51,532 nucleotides of DNA from positions 1 through 51,532 of IMG/VR virus record IMGVR_UViG_3300016474_000704. One strand, 5' to 3'. Numbering within the stretch: position 1 is the stretch's first letter; each line of letters begins with the position of its first letter. Below are positions 27,250-37,184 of the stretch, piece after piece. The translations under genes and the position numbers were made by a program. The stretch is from a virus. Taxonomy: Duplodnaviria > Caudoviricetes. The notes beneath the pieces were generated by a model. It saw only the letters and a program-made list of their open reading frames with translations, ran no database searches and was not told the DNA's origin.

Positions 27250-27468
27250 TTACTCATAGTTTAAGATGGAACTTTTTTTATAGTTAAACAATATACTAAA
27301 ATATTTTAAATAATGGTCTAATGTTTTAACATTTAATCCTTTACTTTTCCAATACCAAGTAAAATTAACTATCATTCTTTTAGCTGTCAGTAATTGTTCT
27401 TCACTTTTACATGAGCCAATTACTTTGACTATTTTTTGAAAATGATATGTTAATAGTTGCTCAGCCAT
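27250..27468 (-). CDS. Hypothetical protein
   Basis: Start lies in a hairpin containing a TATTTATA motif. Confidence 0.7.
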   Translation of the reverse strand: MAEQLLTYHFQKIVKVIGSCKSEEQLLTAKRMIVNFTWYWKSKGLNVKTLDHYLKYFSILFNYKKSSILNYE

Positions 27469-27498
27469 AGTACCGTATAAATACGGTACATATAACTA
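27462..27498 (-). promoter_or_regulatory. Late-motif hairpin over a start codon
   Basis: GUACCGUA-UUUA-UACGGUAC, extendable over the AUG with one bulge. Confidence 0.6.
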
Positions 27499-27720
27499 AT
27501 TTAAACAAATTCTATAAGTAGAAGTTAAATCTTCTTTGTTCAAAAGTGTTAACTCTTCTAAAATGTCTTCTAAACTTTGTATATAACCTTTTATATAAGC
27601 AACCTCTTTATCAGTGTATTCTCTAGAGGGAGTTATTAATTCCATTTTATTCTCATAAATAGCGGACTTTATAATATACTCCATAGTAGTTGATGTTGGG
27701 TCCATGGTTAGGTTTTTCAT
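27496..27720 (-). CDS. Hypothetical protein
   Basis: ORF. Confidence 0.65.
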   Translation of the reverse strand: MKNLTMDPTSTTMEYIIKSAIYENKMELITPSREYTDKEVAYIKGYIQSLEDILEELTLLNKEDLTSTYRICLN

Positions 27721-27727
27721 TAGTTAA

Positions 27728-28027
27728 TTATAAATATTCATAAGGTCTTGGTTGAGCCTTAGGAGGTGTGTCATGTGGATAAACATACCCCTTCTTGTTC
27801 ATGTCTTTTAGTCTAAGATTAGTCTCATATAGAAAGACAGGACCATTATAATCTTCATAATATGATTCATTCTGTCTATTGAATTTCATAATACGCCTTG
27901 GGCCATTAAAACTTCTAAAATGACGACAAGTGACTCGAACCCATTCTCCACCACTAAATACTTCAGTACTCAATTGAGTAGGAAAGTCATAGAATAATTT
28001 TATTGTATTACCTTTTTTCTCTGCCAT
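27728..28027 (-). CDS. Hypothetical phage protein
   Basis: RVTCRHFRSFNGPRRI. Confidence 0.7.
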   Translation of the reverse strand: MAEKKGNTIKLFYDFPTQLSTEVFSGGEWVRVTCRHFRSFNGPRRIMKFNRQNESYYEDYNGPVFLYETNLRLKDMNKKGYVYPHDTPPKAQPRPYEYL

Positions 28028-28028
28028 G

Positions 28029-28367
28029 TTACTTCATAAATAATTGAACACATAAAATACAAATGCTTAATAATAAACAGATACTTGTTTTCATACTAAT
28101 AGGTTCATTAAACCAATTTATTGACATAAATGTAAAAATAATAGTTCCAATAGCAAAACCTATTAGTCTAGAAGGCCATAGTTGTCCACCGAAATGTTCA
28201 ACCATATTCTGAACAGAATACATAAATAAATAGGAAATAGGAATACCCAACCAAACAACTAGATGTGGATTATCTTTCATCCATTGAAATTTCCATCTAC
28301 CTTGCAGTTGGATGAATGTTAATAATTGAGCTAACATTCCTGCTCCTATCCCTATTAATAATTTCAT
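28029..28367 (-). CDS. Four-TM small membrane protein, DMT/SMR-like
   Basis: Four helices; FNEPIS.K before the last TM. Confidence 0.6.
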   Translation of the reverse strand: MKLLIGIGAGMLAQLLTFIQLQGRWKFQWMKDNPHLVVWLGIPISYLFMYSVQNMVEHFGGQLWPSRLIGFAIGTIIFTFMSINWFNEPISMKTSICLLLSICILCVQLFMK

Positions 28368-28585
28368 ATAAATTCTTTTTCTAATTTACATCCAGCTATA
28401 CGCTGTAGTGTTCTAAATTGTTGATCATAATGGAGTGGCTTAGCATCATCATACTCATCTGAGAATAAAGCTACTCGACCTCCATCTTTCAGACCCACCC
28501 ATACTTGTAAATATTCATTATAAACAATGTATGGTTTTCTATCTGGGTCTTCAGTTACTAGTTTTTTCTTAGATATACTGATCAT
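28364..28585 (-). CDS. Hypothetical protein
   Basis: ORF in operon. Confidence 0.65.
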   Translation of the reverse strand: MISISKKKLVTEDPDRKPYIVYNEYLQVWVGLKDGGRVALFSDEYDDAKPLHYDQQFRTLQRIAGCKLEKEFI

Positions 28586-28802
28586 AAGCTGGTACTGCGT
28601 CTAAGTCTTCTAGTTTAACCCATACTCGTGTTTTCCAAAGATCAACACTTACACCATCTAATTCTTCAACATTATCTTCAGTTGCCAATGTTAGAATCAA
28701 TAGGCATTCATCTAGTGTTTCAATTGCTTCATTCAATTGATTTGAGCGAATTTGTTGGAGTGCTCGTTTCCATGTGTTTGTGATTTTTCCTACTTTTTTC
28801 AT
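28569..28802 (-). CDS. Hypothetical protein
   Basis: ORF in operon. Confidence 0.65.
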   Translation of the reverse strand: MKKVGKITNTWKRALQQIRSNQLNEAIETLDECLLILTLATEDNVEELDGVSVDLWKTRVWVKLEDLDAVPAYDQYI

Positions 28803-28806
28803 AACC

Positions 28807-29136
28807 TTAATTTATTATTTGTTTAATGTGTTTACAAATACGATCCTTACTTCTCCAATAACCAGGACAATTACATTTGTAAGTGTTACCTACTTTTTGA
28901 ATTTGGTATTTACCTTCACCTGAACTAGATGCTATTTCAATAATGTTTGGTTGTGGTTTAACAATTTGCATATCACCCCTTTCCCAAACAATATCATCCA
29001 AAGTAGTATCTAATGGCACGTTAACCCACCAAGGTATAATAGCTTTCTTAGTTACCAAGTCAACTATCATAGGTGGTGTGAACCCACCTTTGACATAATG
29101 TTTACCATCTTTAAATTCATACTCACGTTCAATCAT
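28807..29136 (-). CDS. SWIM zinc-finger protein
   Basis: CNC...CKH; follows promoter copy 12. Confidence 0.75.
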   Translation of the reverse strand: MIEREYEFKDGKHYVKGGFTPPMIVDLVTKKAIIPWWVNVPLDTTLDDIVWERGDMQIVKPQPNIIEIASSSGEGKYQIQKVGNTYKCNCPGYWRSKDRICKHIKQIIN

Positions 29137-29152
29137 AACCTTTTAATTATAT

Positions 29153-29186
29153 CTAAATATAACATCAAAGGTTTGGGAAGCCAAAC
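29153..29186 (-). promoter_or_regulatory. Promoter repeat, copy 12
   Basis: TTTG-N20-TATATTTA. Confidence 0.8.
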
Positions 29187-29504
29187 AAGAGGGTTAATTT
29201 TTTAACCTCTCTTGATTGGCTATTTCCATATCTAATGTTAGAAGTGTACATAACTCCTCTAACTTATCCCAATTGTACTCAGCCATTAAGACCAAGTACT
29301 TATCGGGAATTTCATTAAAATATGCTAGAACATTACTGTCCATTATATTTTAGAGCAGGATGATATTTTTCCAACTTCTGTTTTGGTTGGTTTGATTGTT
29401 GTTGGCGTTGATTCTTTTTACGAATCGATTCCATAACCTGACTGAATGCTTTAGCACATTCGTAATTCTGAATAGATGAATTTTTACTCATAACTTTATT
29501 TAAT

Positions 29505-29642
29505 TTATTTACCTTGTCCTTTATAGGGCTTTTTATAACGTTTGCTTGTTTTAATTTTACTAGCTCTTTTTTTAGAGTGAATACCAGGACGCTTACGTCT
29601 TGGCTTTCGATTTAGAGTTTGTGTCTGTGTTTTTAGTGCCAT
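29505..29642 (-). CDS. 45-aa very basic peptide (not in ORF track)
   Basis: MALKTQTQTLNRKPRRKRPGIHSKKRASKIKTSKRYKKPYKGQGK. Confidence 0.65.
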   Translation of the reverse strand: MALKTQTQTLNRKPRRKRPGIHSKKRASKIKTSKRYKKPYKGQGK

Positions 29643-29946
29643 TGTCTTCTTTTTCTTTTAATTTATTTATAGCTTCTACTATTTGAGAGCACTCTTCATA
29701 GAGTTCTTTCTCAACATAGTATTTTAAGTTTTCTTGTAACGTCTCAGCGAAATATTTTTTCTCTAAGGTTATGTCATAAGTGGCTCCATCCTCTAAGCAG
29801 TTAACTGATAAGACATGAAGGTATTTTTTGCGAGTGTTCAGATTTGCTAGTATGGTTTCTACTACAGCTTTAGATATGGTGAAATCTTTTTTGTCAATCA
29901 TATCTTGAAACTCGTCACTATTATTTAATGTTATCTCAATAGCCAT
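29593..29946 (-). CDS. Hypothetical protein with UVR-like C-terminal motif
   Basis: YVEKELYEECSQI. Confidence 0.65.
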   Translation of the reverse strand: MAIEITLNNSDEFQDMIDKKDFTISKAVVETILANLNTRKKYLHVLSVNCLEDGATYDITLEKKYFAETLQENLKYYVEKELYEECSQIVEAINKLKEKEDNGTKNTDTNSKSKAKT

Positions 29947-30117
29947 ATCAAAATAAGTCTAAAAAGTTAGGGTTAATATCTTTACCTTTAAGTTTATTCA
30001 TCTTCTCATCATTGGCTAACATTTTGCTAGCTAAATTGTCAAGATGCTTAGACTTAATTTTGTCGTAATCATTGATAATATCATTATGTTTTTTCTTCTT
30101 CATCTACTAATAAATAT

Positions 30118-30762
30118 TTAAAGTCTACTAATAAATTCACTTCCATCATCGGTTGGTGGATGAGATTTGTCCAAACCTAATTCTCTTAATCGTTGAAGAG
30201 TATAATCATCTAATTCCCAATCTACTTCACTTTGGTTCATAGGTTTATGATCTTCCAATCCTTCAAGTTGTTTGTCTGTATATAAGTCCCCAACAGTCAA
30301 ATAATAACAATTATAACATAACATCTCCATATTGTTTAAAGAGTAATGTTGTTTATTACCATTTTTAAAGTGGAGGATAAGTGGGATTTTATAATCAGAT
30401 ACCCGACGTTCATGAAATCCGCAATTATAACATTCTTCCTTTAAATAACCCTCAGTTATCATTCTATACTTTATCTTTTGAGGATTAAAGTGAGCTGGGT
30501 TAACTCTACCCTCAAGTATATCTAATAATGCGGGTTCTTTTTTATTGTAATGAGATGCTGATAAGAATTTAGGGATACCTTTACCTGATTGGTTTTTATG
30601 TGCTTCAAATAAAGTGACTCCATTTTCATCCTTATACACCTTCATCCATTTTTTAAGATGTTGATATGATATATTCAAATAACGAGCCGCAGCACGGACA
30701 GATTTTGTCTTGTCCATTGCTGCTAAAATTTGCTCTTTACTTAAATGTATTGCTTTAGGCAT
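30118..30762 (-). CDS. HTH plus HNH-like zinc-finger protein
   Basis: SVRAAARYLNIS; CYNC, LHFKNGN, LCYNC. Confidence 0.75.
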   Translation of the reverse strand: MPKAIHLSKEQILAAMDKTKSVRAAARYLNISYQHLKKWMKVYKDENGVTLFEAHKNQSGKGIPKFLSASHYNKKEPALLDILEGRVNPAHFNPQKIKYRMITEGYLKEECYNCGFHERRVSDYKIPLILHFKNGNKQHYSLNNMEMLCYNCYYLTVGDLYTDKQLEGLEDHKPMNQSEVDWELDDYTLQRLRELGLDKSHPPTDDGSEFISRL

Positions 30763-31142
30763 TAGTCTTCGTCTTCAGTGTATTCATCAGTTGAGTAATC
30801 ATCTTCATCATCTACAAACTCATCATCCTCTACCAATTCTACTTCTTCTTCTAAATCATCTAATACAGACAATTCTTCTTCCTCTTCCTCAGTTGGTTTA
30901 ACTTTTGGTTTCTTTGGAGTAGTTGTTTTCCTAAAATTCTTTTCTGCTTCTTGAATTTTGTCATATACTTCTCTCTCCACAGCATAAGTTTCAGTCCATG
31001 TATGATCACCTTCTCCCATTTGAACTACCATTGCAACTTTCTTTTCAGCTGTTGAATGCTGAGTGCATGTTTGGGTGTCTGGGAGGATGGCTAGTCTTCG
31101 AGGATCAATTTCAATGCCGCATACTTTACAGTATCTACTCAT
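30762..31142 (-). CDS. TraR/DksA-type zinc-finger protein with acidic tail
   Basis: CKVCGIEIDPRRLAILPDTQTCTQH. Confidence 0.75.
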   Translation of the reverse strand: MSRYCKVCGIEIDPRRLAILPDTQTCTQHSTAEKKVAMVVQMGEGDHTWTETYAVEREVYDKIQEAEKNFRKTTTPKKPKVKPTEEEEEELSVLDDLEEEVELVEDDEFVDDEDDYSTDEYTEDED

Positions 31143-31528
31143 AAATTGTTATTTTGATTTGCTTTATTTATTTTATCAATTAGATTCCAAAGATCAAGAG
31201 CTGTCTTAAGTGTGTAAACTTTTTTGGCTTTACCAGGAATAGTCACTTCTAGTTTTTGGAGATTACCATCAGAATCAAATCTGTCATATACATACCATAG
31301 AACTAAAGCACCTACTTCATCTCCATACTTAAGGTAAATAAGATTTTCAATAATATTATAGTATGACTCTTCATAATTATAGAAGTCAATTTTTAGATGG
31401 TCGTGAAGAAAATTAGTTCTAGCCCAACATTCATCTAACATACTAACAAATTCAACAAACACATCTTTTTCTTGAGACTGTTTGTTTCGATTAATTTTTA
31501 ATCTATTTCCAAAATTATTTAGATTCAT
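31139..31528 (-). CDS. Hypothetical phage protein
   Basis: WYVYDR, DLWNLI; loosely resembles 20706..21005. Confidence 0.7.
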   Translation of the reverse strand: MNLNNFGNRLKINRNKQSQEKDVFVEFVSMLDECWARTNFLHDHLKIDFYNYEESYYNIIENLIYLKYGDEVGALVLWYVYDRFDSDGNLQKLEVTIPGKAKKVYTLKTALDLWNLIDKINKANQNNNL

Positions 31529-31697
31529 TCTTTACACTTATAGAATATAATTTTAAAAAATTTTCAATAGGCATATTCTTCATAGAAGCAAAATAGTATG
31601 TTGCTATACCTAAAGTACCAGCTCGACATGTCCCAATGGGTTCTTTATTTGGATCCAAATGTGAGTAAAAATAGTAATCGCTATGATCGTATTCCAT
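31515..31697 (-). CDS. Hypothetical protein
   Basis: Follows promoter copy 13. Confidence 0.7.
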   Translation of the reverse strand: MEYDHSDYYFYSHLDPNKEPIGTCRAGTLGIATYYFASMKNMPIENFLKLYSISVKNESK

Positions 31698-31712
31698 GTT
31701 TCTTAATTTTGA

Positions 31713-31746
31713 CTAAATATAACATCAAAAAATTGGGGAGCCAAAC
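31713..31746 (-). promoter_or_regulatory. Promoter repeat, copy 13
   Basis: TTTG-N20-TATATTTA. Confidence 0.8.
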
Positions 31747-32807
31747 TATAATTTGATAAGAGTATTTTGATATTCATCCATTGAAGTAATAGTGATTTTT
31801 AAGTTACCTAATTCAAATGAACCTATCTCGCCACTTTCTTTAATAATATCATTTAACTGTTGAATAACTATAAAGTCTTGTTGAGTAAAAGTATCACCAT
31901 TAACTTCAACAACTATATCTTTTCCTCCGTTAAACCAAGGTTCTAAAACTTGTTTTAATTGTGGGTTAGAATTATTTATTTTTATAGATTTTTTATAAAC
32001 AGGAGATACTATTGGTTTCATTAATGGCGTATGTTGGACATTTGTTCCCCATTTTTTAATAAATGCTAAAGTAGAATTATTCATATCTTCTTGCCATTTT
32101 TTATGACGTTCTGGATCACCATCAAAGCTGCCTGCGCCTCGTCCTGTTAAATGGTAAACCAAACTATTCCAAGGTTGTACAAAATTAAACCCTGCTAATA
32201 ACATTCTATTAAACAAATCAGAGTCTTCTCTACATGAATGTAGAATAGGGTCATGTCCTCCAAGTATATCTAAATACTCAGCTTTATACATCATCCAAGG
32301 AGCAAATATACCTTCTGTTGTTTTACTATCATTTAAATGCTCATTAACATACTTATTAAATTCTTCCTTCTTAAACTCCTCAGGCCACATCCCAAAGTCA
32401 ATTTGAATTTTCTCCCCAGCATTAGGATGAATTGGAGGCTCAATCCTAGTAGAACATACTACTGTTTTATGAAGAAGATTTTGATATGCTTTTAAATCAG
32501 CATCTTTACCCAACATCATATCAGCATGGAATATCATAAAGATATCTGTAGTTGAATGTTCAATACAATAGTCGTAGGCTTTACCTATCCCAAATAAACT
32601 TTTACCTAAATTTGGATTAATATAATAAGTTAAACTATATTGATCCTTAACTTGTTTTAACCATTCAATAGTACCATCTTCATCTGAGTCTACAAATACA
32701 ATAATTTCATGATCATTTCGAAAAGCATTTTCTCGAATTGATGGAATACAAGTTTTTAAATAACGCAAATTTGATTTGCTAGGAATGCAAAATGTTATTT
32801 TTTCCAT
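31746..32807 (-). CDS. GT2 glycosyltransferase
   Basis: ITFCIP, IIVFVD..EDGT, HAD, EDSD, VYH. Confidence 0.85.
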   Translation of the reverse strand: MEKITFCIPSKSNLRYLKTCIPSIRENAFRNDHEIIVFVDSDEDGTIEWLKQVKDQYSLTYYINPNLGKSLFGIGKAYDYCIEHSTTDIFMIFHADMMLGKDADLKAYQNLLHKTVVCSTRIEPPIHPNAGEKIQIDFGMWPEEFKKEEFNKYVNEHLNDSKTTEGIFAPWMMYKAEYLDILGGHDPILHSCREDSDLFNRMLLAGFNFVQPWNSLVYHLTGRGAGSFDGDPERHKKWQEDMNNSTLAFIKKWGTNVQHTPLMKPIVSPVYKKSIKINNSNPQLKQVLEPWFNGGKDIVVEVNGDTFTQQDFIVIQQLNDIIKESGEIGSFELGNLKITITSMDEYQNTLIKL

Positions 32808-32809
32808 TT

Positions 32810-33679
32810 TTAAAGTTTATTAAAAAATTCAATATATGTAGGTAAAAGATTTATTAATGCTGTTTTATGTTTTACTTCTTCTAATATTTTTAAAGAATAA
32901 TCAAAATCAGATTTAGACATATCTGGAAGAGTTTGTATGAAGTTTGATATAGTATTAAAAGAAGGATCTGTTATTAAAAAAGGATAATCTTGAGGGATTA
33001 AATCTTGTAAGGCCCAATCATAGTTAGTTATTAGTGGAGTATTTAAAGCAGCGGCGGTGACTAATTTAGTAGCTGGTTTAAATTTAAACGCTAATGAATC
33101 TGTATTTCGTATATTATAATGGATATTGTATTTTAAGAATAATTCAATAGATTGTTCATAAGTTTCAAATCCTATATTAACTAAGAAATTTATTAAAGAT
33201 TGATGATGTAGCTCATTTAAATAAGGCATATCCCTTAAATCATTAGAAATACATACGGGTTTATAATTTATATTAGAATGGTTAACTGAGTAGTCTTGTA
33301 ATCTTATATCCCAATGGTGAGGTATGTATACTAAATTAAGATGAGAAGGAAATAAATAAAGATCATTTACTTTTTTTATTCTAGAAATTACCCCATCAAA
33401 ATCAGAATAATCATATAAATCTATAACATCTGTATTTGGACGAATAAATTCATCTACAACATCCATTACTATTTTGTTGTTATTCTTTTTTAGGAGTTCA
33501 ATATGTTGTTTAGATAAAGTATGTTTAAATAAAACTACAATACTATTTTTTATACTATTAACATCATTACTTATCTCAGTAGAAACATTTAATGAATCTA
33601 AAGCATGCTTTAATATAACTCCACATGCGAATGAAGCAGTACAATTTGGATCAGTTATTAAAAAAACAATTTTTTTCAT
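32810..33679 (-). CDS. Glycosyltransferase-like protein (GT-B)
   Basis: KPATKLVTAAALNTPLIT; cluster context. Confidence 0.6.
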   Translation of the reverse strand: MKKIVFLITDPNCTASFACGVILKHALDSLNVSTEISNDVNSIKNSIVVLFKHTLSKQHIELLKKNNNKIVMDVVDEFIRPNTDVIDLYDYSDFDGVISRIKKVNDLYLFPSHLNLVYIPHHWDIRLQDYSVNHSNINYKPVCISNDLRDMPYLNELHHQSLINFLVNIGFETYEQSIELFLKYNIHYNIRNTDSLAFKFKPATKLVTAAALNTPLITNYDWALQDLIPQDYPFLITDPSFNTISNFIQTLPDMSKSDFDYSLKILEEVKHKTALINLLPTYIEFFNKL

Positions 33680-34545
33680 ATTTTATTAACAAAATTTTGT
33701 ATTTCTTGATTTAAATTACCCTCAGCCTTAGTTCTAAATTCGTTTTGCTTGTTAATTAAATATAAATAGTTTTTATATGGATTCCAACGGTATTTAAAAT
33801 TTTCTACAACTACAGTTCCATCTAAAACATATTGTTGAACATCATAGTTTTTTTGTTTCATTATATTACAACATACCATTACATATAAATCATCTATTCC
33901 ATACGGGCCAAATGAGTCTGGGATATCTGTTAATTTAAGTAGTTTAGTGGATAATAAATTAAACCACCCACCTCCAAATTTAAATTCATTAATTAGTTTT
34001 AAATTTATATTAGACTGTTCATATGATATTATTTCAAAAGGATCATTAGCATAGTATGTTTCCATATTAGCAGGAGTATGAAGATACTGAGGATTAGTTA
34101 TTACATCCCAGCTACTGTCCCACATCCTAACAGTTTGGGGAGAAATGATATAATAATCATGATTAATTAATTTAGCAGATTCTATTATGTAATGTAACAG
34201 TTCTGGTTTAAAAAACAAATCACTGTCTAAGTATAAGATATTATCCGCTGTGGTAGATCGAATTGCTTCTCTTCGTTTGTCATCACATCCTAAACATTTG
34301 TTTTCTTCATCTACGATAAATTGAATTTCAGCCCAATCCCACAATGTTTTAATTTGATTAAATTTTTCTATAAAAAATTGTTTTGGGAGTTGAGATTGAT
34401 CCCAATCAACTAAATTTAAATTTAAAGTAACATCTATAATTACTTTATCTTTAATATAATAACTTCCTAATTTAAACTGTTTAGATTGCCATTCGAACCA
34501 ATCAATTTCATGAGGCAGCAGGTGTACTACTATTTGTGTTACCAT
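33676..34545 (-). CDS. GT-A glycosyltransferase-like protein
   Basis: YLDSD DxD motif; YGIDD. Confidence 0.65.
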   Translation of the reverse strand: MVTQIVVHLLPHEIDWFEWQSKQFKLGSYYIKDKVIIDVTLNLNLVDWDQSQLPKQFFIEKFNQIKTLWDWAEIQFIVDEENKCLGCDDKRREAIRSTTADNILYLDSDLFFKPELLHYIIESAKLINHDYYIISPQTVRMWDSSWDVITNPQYLHTPANMETYYANDPFEIISYEQSNINLKLINEFKFGGGWFNLLSTKLLKLTDIPDSFGPYGIDDLYVMVCCNIMKQKNYDVQQYVLDGTVVVENFKYRWNPYKNYLYLINKQNEFRTKAEGNLNQEIQNFVNKI

Positions 34546-35638
34546 TAATTTCTTGTTTTATAAAATTTAAAGCAGATTCAATTACTTGATGCATATCATA
34601 ATATTTGTATTCTGCTAATCTACCTCCAAATATAATATTTTTTTCCTGATAGGCTAAATGCTTATACTGAGAGTATTTTAAAGTATTTTCCTGGTCATTA
34701 ACTGGATAGTAAGGTTCAGTTTCTTTGGCTTTATATTCAGTTGGGTATTCCCAGGTTACCCAAGTTATATCAGAATTTAAATCTTCAAAATGTTTATGTT
34801 CAATACATCTAGTATGAGGAATATTTTCATCAGTATAATTCATCATAGCTACACCTTGAAAATTATCTGTTCCTAATTTTTTATGATCAAATTTAGTAGT
34901 TTTATATTCTAATTCTCCAAATTGGTAATTAAAATAAGCATCAATAGGACCAGTATAAATTATTTTTTCTGTTTGGTTGTCCCAATATTCTTTATCTTTA
35001 AGATAATCAATTTCTAATTTTACTTCAATCCCATCTAATAATTTTTCAAATATTTGAGTATAACCACCTATAGGAATACCTTGATATTTGTCATTAAAAT
35101 AATTATTATCATAATTAAATCTAACAGGTAAACGTTTAATAATTTCTTTAGGTAGTTCTTTAGGATCTTTTCTCCATTGTTTAGCAGTATATCCTTTAAT
35201 CAATTTTTCATAAACATCTACCCCTACCAATTTAATCGCTTGTTCTTCTAAATTTTGAGGATCTTTAATGTGTTCACTTTGGCGTTCAATTTCTAATTTA
35301 GCCTGATCAGGATGGGTTACATTCCATAATTTAGAAAATGTCCACATGTTAAAAGGTAAAGAATATATCTCACCTTTATAATTAGCTACTGGTCTTAAAG
35401 TAAAATTATTAAAAGATACAAATTGGTTTATCCATTTCCACACTGTTTCATTTGAAGTATGAAATATATGGGGGCCATAATCATGAATATGAATATTGTC
35501 TCTATTAGAAGTATGACAGTTTCCTCCAATATGGTCTCGTTTTTCTAAAACAAGGCATTTATAACCCGCTTTAGTTAATTCATAAGCACATATAGAACCA
35601 AAAAAACCAGAACCTACTATAATATAGTTATATTTCAT
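34508..35638 (-). CDS. glf: UDP-galactopyranose mutase
   Basis: GSGFFG, HIGGN, YGPHIFH, YQGIP, EPYYP, GRLAEYKYYDMH. Confidence 0.95.
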   Translation of the reverse strand: MKYNYIIVGSGFFGSICAYELTKAGYKCLVLEKRDHIGGNCHTSNRDNIHIHDYGPHIFHTSNETVWKWINQFVSFNNFTLRPVANYKGEIYSLPFNMWTFSKLWNVTHPDQAKLEIERQSEHIKDPQNLEEQAIKLVGVDVYEKLIKGYTAKQWRKDPKELPKEIIKRLPVRFNYDNNYFNDKYQGIPIGGYTQIFEKLLDGIEVKLEIDYLKDKEYWDNQTEKIIYTGPIDAYFNYQFGELEYKTTKFDHKKLGTDNFQGVAMMNYTDENIPHTRCIEHKHFEDLNSDITWVTWEYPTEYKAKETEPYYPVNDQENTLKYSQYKHLAYQEKNIIFGGRLAEYKYYDMHQVIESALNFIKQEINGNTNSSTPAAS

Positions 35639-36312
35639 ATTGTTAAATCTATTTTAACATTCCCCTTATTTGATTCATTCCAAAAAAGACTAATTAAGTG
35701 ATTTCTTTTATTAATCACTTCATCCCATTTTTTATACTGTTCTATATAATTAGTTTTTTTCTTTATAGTGACAATAGTCATCCCCCAAGATTCAGGATAA
35801 TGTTCTGATTTAATAAATTTGTCTTCGTATGTTAGATTAGAAATATTAAAAAAATCTTTAATACCTTCTTCTACTCTACCCCATTTAATCCCCCCATATT
35901 CATCGCATTTACCTTCAGGCCAATGGCTATCATGAAAGGCTATAAATCCTCCTTCTTTAACATGGTTGTACCAAAAATACAATTCACATAATACTTGTTC
36001 TTTAATATGGAATGTATCAACAAACAACCCATCTATTTCTTCTTCCCAATATTTACCAATAGTTACTGAGTCTCCTAGAATTTTATTGTAGCAAGGATGA
36101 GAATCAACTTCTGGGTTTAGTGGGCTCCAGTCAACATCAACTCCAAATACTTTATTATTGTTTTCTTTAGAATTAATAAGCATTATTTCTGAGGAAATAC
36201 CGTTTCTAACTCCCAAGTCAACAAATGTTGATGTTTTAAATTTTGATATAGTGTTATATAAATGATTAGCATTTATTCCTATATCTGTTGAGTAAAATTT
36301 TTCTAAATTCAT
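35635..36312 (-). CDS. Class I SAM methyltransferase (Methyltransf_24-like)
   Basis: VDLGVRNG, FVDTFH, GGFIAFHD. Confidence 0.8.
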   Translation of the reverse strand: MNLEKFYSTDIGINANHLYNTISKFKTSTFVDLGVRNGISSEIMLINSKENNNKVFGVDVDWSPLNPEVDSHPCYNKILGDSVTIGKYWEEEIDGLFVDTFHIKEQVLCELYFWYNHVKEGGFIAFHDSHWPEGKCDEYGGIKWGRVEEGIKDFFNISNLTYEDKFIKSEHYPESWGMTIVTIKKKTNYIEQYKKWDEVINKRNHLISLFWNESNKGNVKIDLTI

Positions 36313-37184
36313 GATAAAAAATATTGTTTACATAAGTTATACAATTGTTCTTTTTGGTTCACTATATTTGATCGATATAATGAAAAATCATTTAAATGTG
36401 TTTCAAAATTATCAAAACAATTTTTAATAAGGTTTCCTATTTGATCTACATTTTCAAATTTATATTGATTATTAATAGGCATATCATTATAAAACATAGA
36501 AGAACCATTAAATCCTGTAATAATACAATTTCCTAAAATGGCTGCTTCTCTTGGTATTCTATCTCGTCCTGGGTGGTTACCAAAATCAATATATATTTTA
36601 CTTAGTTTTAATGTTTCTATGATCTGATCTTCAGTCATATTTACTAAAGGAATAAAAGTAATGTCTGGATTTAGAGATATAATTCTATCTGTAATGTGTT
36701 TTCCTTTAACTGGGTTGTAACATACAATGTTTTGTTTTTGAGATATATCATATTTAGCAGTAATATATTTAGGTTGAATATAATCAAATAATGGTAAGTA
36801 ATGTTGGGATTGGTTTTGAAGCAAATAAACTAAAGCATAATATGATTGATAAAAATGAGTAATATTTAAATCATTAAAATTTTTAAACTTCCCTTGATTA
36901 TTATCAACACTTAACCACCAAATAGCAGTTTTCATATGTTTAAACCAATTTACTCTTTCAGTCCATACTTCTGGGTATATAATCCAATTTTCTGGGGTGT
37001 CTTCTACTTCAAAAGAGTATTTCACATTATAATGAGAATACTTTTCAGGGATAGGGTTAGAAGTGTTATTATCAAATAAGATTATAGATTCACCTCCTAT
37101 ATTGTTAACAGCATCAGCTAATTGATATAAAGATTCAACTCCTCCAGCTACAGCATTTGCTGGTATGTTAATGTATACTTTCAT
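36309..37184 (-). CDS. GT-B glycosyltransferase-like protein
   Basis: GGVESLYQL, IYPE, DFGNHPGRDRIPREAA. Confidence 0.7.
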   Translation of the reverse strand: MKVYINIPANAVAGGVESLYQLADAVNNIGGESIILFDNNTSNPIPEKYSHYNVKYSFEVEDTPENWIIYPEVWTERVNWFKHMKTAIWWLSVDNNQGKFKNFNDLNITHFYQSYYALVYLLQNQSQHYLPLFDYIQPKYITAKYDISQKQNIVCYNPVKGKHITDRIISLNPDITFIPLVNMTEDQIIETLKLSKIYIDFGNHPGRDRIPREAAILGNCIITGFNGSSMFYNDMPINNQYKFENVDQIGNLIKNCFDNFETHLNDFSLYRSNIVNQKEQLYNLCKQYFLS

